Position numbers and translations under genes: made by a program
Shown: positions 53,786-61,463 of the stretch, piece by piece
How positions within the stretch are numbered: position 1 is the stretch's first letter
Layout of the letters: every line of letters starts with the position of its first letter
NCBI GenBank assembly: GCA_963662665.2
Contig: CAXXJS010000040.1
Location: 224,001-288,000, forward strand
Source of the DNA: Candidatus Latescibacterota bacterium
GTDB lineage: Bacteria > Latescibacterota > UBA2968 > GCA-2709665
DNA length: 64,000 nt
Reading direction: 5' to 3'
Notes under the pieces: generated by a model
What the model saw: only the letters and a program-made list of their open reading frames with translations
What the model was told of the DNA's origin: nothing
The model's database searches: none

Positions 53786-55027
53786 ATGAAGAACACTCGA
53801 TATCTCACCGCCAGGGAGGCTGCCGGCGAACTGAATATCGCCGTGGACAGTCTCTACGCCTACGTGAGCCGCGGACTGATCCGCTCCGAGGCAGTGGGGC
53901 GCAACCGTCGCTCTCGACGGTATTATGCCGACGACGTGCAGAAACTCAAGGCAAGAAAAAAGGGCCGTAGAGACCCGGAGACGATCGCGGAAGACGCCCT
54001 GCACGCGGGGGCGCCGGTACTCGAATCGGCCATTACACTCATCACCGACGACTGCGTCTACTACCGGGGTCGCAACGCCCTGGTCCTTGCCAGACACTGC
54101 AGCATCGAACAGGTAGCGGCGCTCATCTGGACGGGAAATCCCGAAACGGAGATTCCAGCGCCGGCCACTCCGGATGACAAGGCCTTTTCGGGGAGAATTC
54201 TTGGGGGCTTGCAACACGTTGCGGAACTGCGGCCCGTCGACGCCTTTCAGGTTCTGTTGCCCCTGGCTGCGACCGAAGATCTTTTTGCCTTTGACCTTCA
54301 TGCCCGTTCGGTCGTCCGGACCGGGAGCCGCATCCTCTACCTGCTCGCAGCCCTTGCGTCCGGAGGGGAAATCACGGCCGGAGGCATTGCCCGGAACCTT
54401 CAGCGCGCATGGGCCCCGGACGACGAACACGCCGCGTTCCTCATCAACGCCGCGCTGATTCTGTGCGCCGATCACGAACTTAATGCGTCTGCCTTCACCG
54501 CGCGATGCGTAGCCTCTACCGGTGCGACACCCTATTCCGTGGTGACGGCAGCCCTCAGCGCCTTTCAGGGATACAAACACGGCGGGGCCAGCGAACAGGT
54601 CGAGGCGCTCTTCCGCGAGATGGAAACGCAACCCGATGTCCGGCAGGCCTTGCTGGCCAGGCTCAAACGGGGCGAAACGCTACCTGGTTTCGGTCACGTG
54701 ATATACCGGGACGCCGACCCGCGGGGCAAACTGCTGCTCCGGTTGCTCCAGGAATCCCGCGGAGACCACCCCGATGTCCGCCTCGCGCTGACCACGGTCC
54801 GGGCCGCGGCCGAGGTCTCCAGCCTCCCGTTCAATGTCGACCTCGCGCTGGCCGCGCTCGCCCGCGTACTCAACCTGCCACCGGGTGGCGCGATGACGCT
54901 GTTCGCCCTGGGCAGAACCGTGGGCTGGATCGGTCACGCGATCGAACAGTACCGGATCGGACGGATCATCCGCCCGCGCGCCCGGTACGTGGGCGAACTC
55001 CCGGAGGAAACGGCATCGATCCGGTAA
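53786..55027 (+). CDS. HTH (excisionase-like) plus citrate synthase-like fusion, probable regulator
   Basis: YLTA.EAA..L.I...SLYAYVSRGLI; ADHELNAS, HGGA, PGFGH, NVD. Confidence 0.9.
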   Translation: MKNTRYLTAREAAGELNIAVDSLYAYVSRGLIRSEAVGRNRRSRRYYADDVQKLKARKKGRRDPETIAEDALHAGAPVLESAITLITDDCVYYRGRNALVLARHCSIEQVAALIWTGNPETEIPAPATPDDKAFSGRILGGLQHVAELRPVDAFQVLLPLAATEDLFAFDLHARSVVRTGSRILYLLAALASGGEITAGGIARNLQRAWAPDDEHAAFLINAALILCADHELNASAFTARCVASTGATPYSVVTAALSAFQGYKHGGASEQVEALFREMETQPDVRQALLARLKRGETLPGFGHVIYRDADPRGKLLLRLLQESRGDHPDVRLALTTVRAAAEVSSLPFNVDLALAALARVLNLPPGGAMTLFALGRTVGWIGHAIEQYRIGRIIRPRARYVGELPEETASIR

Positions 55028-55105
55028 GGCATGAAAAGCGGGGATCCCTTTCCCGATGAACTCGGTGGAATCCCCAGATTGTTCGCTTCTTTAGTTGCCT
55101 ATACT

Positions 55106-56263
55106 CTACAACCGCGGCCGGCTGCCCGTCCCGTACCCCACGAGTTCCACGTATCCCTGGCCAATTGGCTTGCCATCCGGGCCGGTGATATCCACCGCGC
55201 CCTCCCAGTAGAACATCGACTTGATCAACACGCTGCGATTCTCCTGGTCCGCCATCACGGGTCGTACCAACAACCGCAGATCCTCGCAGGGCAGCGTGAT
55301 CTCCCATCGCGACGGATACACGGCATCCGTCTCGGGGCTCCTCCAGGTCTCCGTTGCGCGAATGGAAAACGCCTCAGCCCCCAGATATCCGGCGTGACCT
55401 GAAGCCGAGACGATTGTCCCGTGCGAAAAATCCACGGCGCCCGAAGTGTCCCGCAGTACGTAAAGCATCGCCTCGCGGCCGTCGTCAAGCTGCAGGCTGA
55501 ACCAGTCCCACCCCACCTGATGGGCTTCGAGCTGGTTCGACCCGAACTCCTTGTCCATCCAGCTCTGGCCCGTTACCGCCAGCCGTTCGTCGCCCAGCCT
55601 GATCTCGCCCGATGTGGCAAGCCGCGTAAAGCTGTAGTACTGGCTGGCCGCATCATCTCCCCTACCCTTCTTACTGTATCCGCCCGGCCCCTGAAAGATC
55701 ATTGGCTTCGCCAGTCGGGTCGATAGCGAGAATCCCATGCGCTGCCCGCTGTCGGCCATCGAGAAGTCGAACCCGGACCCGTTCCAGCGCAGCGTCCACA
55801 GACCGTCTGTACCCGCCGGCGCCCTGCTCCAGGCGATAAGCGTATCGGGATACGCGCCGAACCCGCCCAGCAGCGGCGTGACCCGGTAAACTACCTCGCT
55901 GAAGAGATGGCGTTGCGATTCGTGATCGCCGATGGCCGCGTGGCCCATAATCAGAGTGCCGGTCGCCCACTCCGACGCCAGCGAGGGGCGCTGCGGCAAC
56001 AGCCCAACCCTGAAGAAGGTGAACTGGTACCCGAATCGCCGGCCGTCCTCCGACGACAGATGTCCCGTAAAATACCACCACTCCGTCTTGTATCCGTCAC
56101 GCGCCCAGTGATCGTGCGGGAAGGACCACGGATAGTCCGGCCGCGCGGTCTTCCACTCCTCGGCGTGGACCACGGGGGCGAGGGCGAGCAGGCAAAAAGC
56201 AAGCGCAGCCCTTATCTTGTCATTCCAGTGACGGGCGCGCTCCATTTCCATGATCAATTTCAC
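55106..56263 (-). CDS. AttH / carotenoid 1,2-hydratase-like lipocalin-fold protein
   Basis: FP.DH, EWWYFTG.L, GYQFTFFR, WMDKEF, GWDW, YWEG, GY.EL.GY. Confidence 0.88.
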   Translation of the reverse strand: MKLIMEMERARHWNDKIRAALAFCLLALAPVVHAEEWKTARPDYPWSFPHDHWARDGYKTEWWYFTGHLSSEDGRRFGYQFTFFRVGLLPQRPSLASEWATGTLIMGHAAIGDHESQRHLFSEVVYRVTPLLGGFGAYPDTLIAWSRAPAGTDGLWTLRWNGSGFDFSMADSGQRMGFSLSTRLAKPMIFQGPGGYSKKGRGDDAASQYYSFTRLATSGEIRLGDERLAVTGQSWMDKEFGSNQLEAHQVGWDWFSLQLDDGREAMLYVLRDTSGAVDFSHGTIVSASGHAGYLGAEAFSIRATETWRSPETDAVYPSRWEITLPCEDLRLLVRPVMADQENRSVLIKSMFYWEGAVDITGPDGKPIGQGYVELVGYGTGSRPRL

Positions 56264-56400
56264 AATTCGTGCGATTCGTCCTCCTGGTGTTCTTCGAGAT
56301 TCGTCCTTACGACAACGGTGCCCGCGATGAAGTCATGGATGGCGCGGCGCCTGCGGTTCGTGAGCAACGAGCGCCGAACCCATCAGGCATCCTCATCGAT
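56260..56400 (-). pseudogene. RDD family C-terminal fragment
   Basis: LTNRRRRAIHDFIAGTVVVR; N-terminal part missing. Confidence 0.55.
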
Positions 56401-56450
56401 GAGTTCAGAAGTTCAAACGACCCTATTGTCCAACTCTCCATCAGACGGTC

Positions 56451-56664
56451 TCAAGCGACCCCCAACACTCTGTTGAGCCTGTCGTCGAGCCCCTTAATGG
56501 CGGCCTGAATCGCATAGACCTCGCGTTCCTCGAAGTATGCCTCACCCCCTTTAATCGCTTACCAAGGCCGGCACGGTGTCGAGTACCAGGTGATACCCGT
56601 CGCGGTCAACATGGAAGGGCGCCTTTGAGCGTTGCATCTTTCCATGACAGTGGATACAATTCAT
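56451..56664 (-). pseudogene. YgiT-type zinc finger protein, disrupted
   Basis: MNCIHCHG...VPALVSD* then frameshifted GEAYFEEREV; the second CxxC is lost. Confidence 0.65.
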
Positions 56665-58118
56665 CTTGAACTTTCCATTACCAACCCCTCGAAGCCCTCC
56701 CGCCCGCGGCGGAAGAGTTCCCTGACGTCTTCGCGCTGCCCGTCTGTGTTGTACCGGCCCCAGGTATCGATCCATTTCAGCGAGTCGTCGATTCCATCCA
56801 GGAAATACCGGGCGGATTCATTTCGTTCTGCAGGGGGGCGGCCGCACGCGAAATAGACCGGGCTGCCGTGGGCGTAGATGGACTGCCCGAAGCTGTCGCG
56901 CCCGTCGCCCCAGAGCCGCGCGGCGATCCACCCGTCCCTGTCGACCTCCACGCGGTGGCGGATGGCGCCCTCGCGTTTGCCTTCGGCATCGTTCTCGGCG
57001 TGAATGACGCGACCGTTCATTACGATTTCCGCGCGATGGACGGGATAGAAGGAATTGAAACTGACCTCGATATCCAGCGCGCCGCCGGCGGGGAGCTGGA
57101 CCGTCGCGCCCATTGGCTGATCGTTGACGGTCAGATCGATGGCGGGACCATTGGTGATGAAGGTATTGCCCGCCTTCATACCGGCAATCCAGTTTTCGTA
57201 GGAAAACGTTCCGCTGGTGTTGACGTACACGCGGTTGTTGGAGCAGACAAACCAGTCCGTTCCGGTGGACGCGGGAAGACGGATGCCGCAGTTGAGGAGC
57301 TTGTACCAGAGATCGTATTCGGGGTCCATCCAGAAGGGATCGAACAGATTGAAGGCGTCCAGCTTTCCCATCACCGCGGCAATCGGCGCCTCCATGCCCC
57401 TGCCGTTGTGGCACCAGATGACGATACCGCCCTGATCTCGGGCCTCGTCACAGCAGAAGCAAAGAGGAGGATAGTCAGGGTCGAACTGGGCGGTGAGGAT
57501 GTGGCCGCGGCTGACGGGCTGGACGAGGTTCCGAATGTTGAGAAACATCACGTGTCCGTACCCGAAACCCCAGGGCGAGTTCTCGCCGTAATGGCGGTTC
57601 TCTTCGCCGATGTCCAGGACGTGATGCGCGGTGGTGAAGTCATTCATCACGCCTATGGGATACTTGTTGCTGGCGTAGGGGAGTTGCCTCCTGTCCAGGA
57701 CGCTGACGACGGTCACGTTGTAGCCTTCTACGCTGCAGTCGATGGCCAACCGGTCATCCGGCCGGGTCTCCTTCTCGTCGTAGTGGATGTGGGTGTTGCC
57801 CGGGTACCAGTTATTCTCCTGTGGGAAATACCATCGATTGAGGCTGATTTCGACGTCTCTTGCGCCGTGTTCGGGCATGTCGACAACCGTGCGCAGGGGC
57901 TCGTATTCCGTCCCGCGTTCAACCAGAACGTCGGTGCGCCCGCGGCCGCCCCGGACCTCGAAGGAACCGTCGCAGAAGAAGAACGGCGTGCCCGGGCCAC
58001 GCTTCAGCACGGCCTCGCGCGGATGTGCAAATCGGCCATCGGAGGTCAGCACGTGAACCTTGGCGTCGATCTGCTCGCCAGTTGCGCTGTCAATGATATG
58101 CCCGTGCAGGATGCCCAT
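56661..58118 (-). CDS. CehA/McbA family PHP-like metallohydrolase
   Basis: RG.EY, WYPGNTHIH, GH, WY.LLNCG..LPAS.GTD, F.TNGP, AH.SPVY. Confidence 0.85.
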   Translation of the reverse strand: MGILHGHIIDSATGEQIDAKVHVLTSDGRFAHPREAVLKRGPGTPFFFCDGSFEVRGGRGRTDVLVERGTEYEPLRTVVDMPEHGARDVEISLNRWYFPQENNWYPGNTHIHYDEKETRPDDRLAIDCSVEGYNVTVVSVLDRRQLPYASNKYPIGVMNDFTTAHHVLDIGEENRHYGENSPWGFGYGHVMFLNIRNLVQPVSRGHILTAQFDPDYPPLCFCCDEARDQGGIVIWCHNGRGMEAPIAAVMGKLDAFNLFDPFWMDPEYDLWYKLLNCGIRLPASTGTDWFVCSNNRVYVNTSGTFSYENWIAGMKAGNTFITNGPAIDLTVNDQPMGATVQLPAGGALDIEVSFNSFYPVHRAEIVMNGRVIHAENDAEGKREGAIRHRVEVDRDGWIAARLWGDGRDSFGQSIYAHGSPVYFACGRPPAERNESARYFLDGIDDSLKWIDTWGRYNTDGQREDVRELFRRGREGFEGLVMESSR

Positions 58119-58284
58119 AGAGAACTCCAGGGAAAGAGTTTCAAGTTACAATGGTGCCGATCGTCCCCAACAGCCGCCGACGAATCCGCGCAGGTTCACT
58201 TCACACAGCCGGTGTCGAACGACACACACGCCACAAGGGTATCCTGACTCAGGCCGTCGCTGAGTACAATGCCACTGTGCCGGG

Positions 58285-59445
58285 CTACTCGCCAAACGCT
58301 TTCGCAAAGATCAGAAAATCGCCGAATCCTATGGTACCGTCCATGTCCAGATCAAACTGCGCATCAAATCCGGTGTCGCCCTGGTTCAATCCGAAATTCG
58401 CGGCAAACTGCACAAAGTCGGCAAAGTCGACGGGACCGCTGCCATCGAAGTCCGCATTGGCGGTTGGAGGGACGATGCGCGGCGCCAGATTCCACAACAC
58501 AATCGTGCTGTCCACGCTTCCACTGGCGAGAGTCCTCCCGTCGGGAGAAATCGCCACGCTAATGACAGGACCTGTGTGCCCTCGCAGTGTGGCTTTCTCC
58601 TTACCACTGACCACGTCCCACAATCGAACCGTATGATCTTCACCCCCACTCGCGAGAGTACTCCCGTCCGGTGAAAATGACAAAGAACCAACGTCCCCCG
58701 CATGCCCAATTAACAGGTTTCTTCGTCGACCGCTGTCCACGTCCCACAGTCGAATCGTAGCGTCCACGCTTCCGCCGGCGAGAATCCTCCCGTCAGGTGA
58801 GAACGCCACGGACGAAATCCCACGCTGATGACCCCAGAACGTCGCCTTCTGCTGACCCCTGTCCACGTCCCACAATCGAATCACACCGTCACGTCCTCCA
58901 CTGGCGAGAGTCCTCCCGTCGGGTGAGAACGTCACGTAATAAAGACTCAAACCCTGCCCGCGCAGTATGGCTCTCTCCTGACCGCTGGCCACATCCCACA
59001 ACAGAATATCCACGAGGCAGACTGCGAGTGTACTTCCATCCGGAGAGTACGACAAGGAGACGGGAACACTTAAATATCCCTGTAGCGACGCCTTTTCCTT
59101 AAGGCTGGCTACGTCCCACAACCGAACGACTCCGCTGGCACTGGCCAGGGTTCTCCCATCCGGCGAGAACGACACGGCATAGACATACCAACTATTCCCC
59201 GTAAGCCTGGCCTGCTCCCGTCCACCGGCCACGTCCCACAATCGAATCGTGCGGTCCCAACTGCCACTGGCGAGTGTACTTCCCTCCGGCGAGAACGACA
59301 AGGACCAAACCCGACCGGTATGCCCTCGAAGTGTGGCGCCGCGTTCGGGAAAACCGTTGGGACTATTGTCTTGAGCGAGGCTGCTCTGTGTCGACAGGAC
59401 ACACACGAACAGGACGGCAATTTCGAATCTATAGCTCTTTTTCAT
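58285..59445 (-). CDS. secreted WD40 repeat protein with C-terminal dockerin/EF-hand-like pair
   Basis: Signal peptide; about 7 GH...FSPDG..LASG..D..IRLWD repeats; DFDGSGPVDFADF and DLDMDGTIGFGDF. Confidence 0.92.
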   Translation of the reverse strand: MKKSYRFEIAVLFVCVLSTQSSLAQDNSPNGFPERGATLRGHTGRVWSLSFSPEGSTLASGSWDRTIRLWDVAGGREQARLTGNSWYVYAVSFSPDGRTLASASGVVRLWDVASLKEKASLQGYLSVPVSLSYSPDGSTLAVCLVDILLWDVASGQERAILRGQGLSLYYVTFSPDGRTLASGGRDGVIRLWDVDRGQQKATFWGHQRGISSVAFSPDGRILAGGSVDATIRLWDVDSGRRRNLLIGHAGDVGSLSFSPDGSTLASGGEDHTVRLWDVVSGKEKATLRGHTGPVISVAISPDGRTLASGSVDSTIVLWNLAPRIVPPTANADFDGSGPVDFADFVQFAANFGLNQGDTGFDAQFDLDMDGTIGFGDFLIFAKAFGE

Positions 59446-59623
59446 AGGCTGACCCTTTCTTTCGACAGATTTGGACCTCTCCTCCGACACGTTCAGAAAT
59501 AGCTCTCAGCTATCAGTGGTCAGCTGTCGGCCACAAACAAAAACTGAATCCGGTGACGTCGACGCCACAATGCGGGCGACCGCGACAGGCGGACCTCTCG
59601 CCCCGGCCCTTCTCCTAAGAGCG

Positions 59624-59645
59624 GTGAGACGTGAGACGTGAGACG
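59624..59645. repeat. heptamer tandem repeat (GTGAGAC)x3
   Basis: Read directly; degenerate TCAGCTR heptamers also at about 59506-59526. Confidence 0.6.
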
Positions 59646-59803
59646 GTAGAAGAAATCCTTGCCCGATCTGCTCTTCCTCAAGGCCTCCGGTCTGATCTTC
59701 TGATCTGAAAACTCACAGGGCAGGCAATCTCGCCCGGCTTTCCTCTCCCGGCCATAAGGCGACCTCGCCCACAGCCCCCCCGTCATGTCACCTTCACGCC
59801 AGA

Positions 59804-60964
59804 CTACCCGCCGAAGGCTTGCGCAAAGTTCAGAAAATCATCGAATCCAATGGCGCCGTCGCCGTCTATATCATAACCTGTATAATACCCGACGTCGCCA
59901 AAACTCAACCCGAAATGCGCGGCAAACTGCAAAAAGTCGGCGAAGTCAACGGCGCCACTGCCATCGAAGTCCGGATTGGCGGGCTGAGGGGTTATATGCG
60001 GAGACATATTCCACAGGACAATCGTGCCGTCCCTACTCGCGCTGGCGAGAATCCTCCCGTCCGGCGAGAACAAGACGGTACCAACCGAACCCGTATGCCC
60101 TCGGAGTGTGGCCTTCTCCTTTCCGCTGGCCAGATCCCACAATCGAACCGTATGGTCTCTCCCTCCGGTGGCGAGAGTACTCCCATCCGGTGAGAACGAG
60201 AAGGACGAAACCGAGCCCTCAGGCCCTTGTAATGTTGCCTTCCTCCGTCCGGTGGCCACATCCCGCAAACGTACCGTATCGTTTCCACTGCCGCTTGCGA
60301 GAATACGCCCGTCCGGAGAGAACAACACGGTACCAACCGCACCCGCGTTATCCCAAAACGTGGCTATCTGCTGACCCGTGTCCGCGTCCCACAATCGAAC
60401 CGAGGTGTCATTGCCTCCGCTGGCAAGCGTTCGCCCATCAGGTGAGAACGTCACGGTAAAAGCACTGGGCGAATGACCTCGCAGCCTGGCCTACTCCCAA
60501 CGGCTGGCCACGTCCCACAAATGAATGTCTGACAGACAGGCGGCGAGCGTGCTTCCATCCGGCGAAAACGTCAAGGCAAAAAAAGCCCTCGTATGCCCGT
60601 CCAGCGGCGCCTTCTGCTGACCGCTGGCCACGTCCCACAATCGAACGTCTTCGTTGCTGCTGGCCAGGGTTTTCCCGTCCGGCGAAAACGCCACGGAATT
60701 GACAAGCCCCGTGTGCCCCGTCAGTCTGGACTTCTCCCGAAATGCGACCACGTCCCACAATCGGACCGTCGCGTCATTACTCCCACTGGCAAGGGTTCGC
60801 CCATCCGGCGAAAACGACACGGACCAAACCCCCGAGATATGGCTTCGCAGAGTGATGCGGCCTTCGTCCAAACTGATGGGATTATAGTCTTGAGCGAGGC
60901 TGTTCTGCACCAGCAGGACGAAGACATACAGGACGGCAAGACCGAATCTATTGCTCTCTTTCAT
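59804..60964 (-). pseudogene. secreted WD40 paralog with one in-frame TAG (60491-60493)
   Basis: ORFs 60491-60964 and 59804-60454 are in the same frame: WDVASRWE*ARLRGH. Confidence 0.85.
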
Positions 60965-61049
60965 AGGATACCCCTTTCCTTAGCAAATGTGGATGAATCC
61001 GCGTTTTCTCCAAAGCAACGCGCTGGTGGCCCGAACTCAATCGCGTCGT

Positions 61050-61196
61050 CGCAGAAGTAAAACGGCGTGCCGCGGCATGCATTAGCACCGCCTTGCGAGG
61101 ATGCGCAAAGCCGCCGTCGGAACCCAGCACGTGAACCCTGGCGCCGATCTGCTCGCCGGTCGCGTCGGCGATGATATTCCCTCGCAGGATGCCCAT
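61050..61196 (-). pseudogene. duplicated 5' fragment of the CehA/McbA gene
   Basis: MGILRGNIIADATGEQIGARVHVLGSDGGFAHPRKAVL versus MGILHGHIIDSATGEQIDAKVHVLTSDGRFAHPREAVL; same upstream RBS sequence. Confidence 0.8.
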
Positions 61197-61386
61197 AGAG
61201 AACTCCGGGGGCTGGTGTGTACGGTCAGATAGATTGGCTCGTGTAAGGGGCTGGCCAGGTAGAGGAAGAAGCCATATTCAACCTCAACTGTCCATACATG
61301 TCCTTATTGGAGAAACACGAATAAAGCGGATGTTCCGAGTGGCAGTATCGCGGCTTTTTAGTGTCCGATCAAACCCAACATCTACC

Positions 61387-61416
61387 GTTGACAAATCAAT
61401 CAACAGCGGATATATT
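61387..61416 (+). promoter_or_regulatory. sigma70 promoter with overlapping inverted-repeat operator
   Basis: TTGACA-N17-TATATT; GTTGA-N8-TCAAC over the -35. Confidence 0.75.
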
Positions 61417-61463
61417 AGCATAGTCAAGTTCGACTGAATCTTATTTCCAAGCAGACTTCATCA

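Noticed and set aside
58285-60964. Regularly spaced DNA repeats (acgtcccacaatcgaa) resembling a CRISPR array
   Set aside because: They encode WD40 repeats in frame with ~120-130 bp spacing; no cas genes
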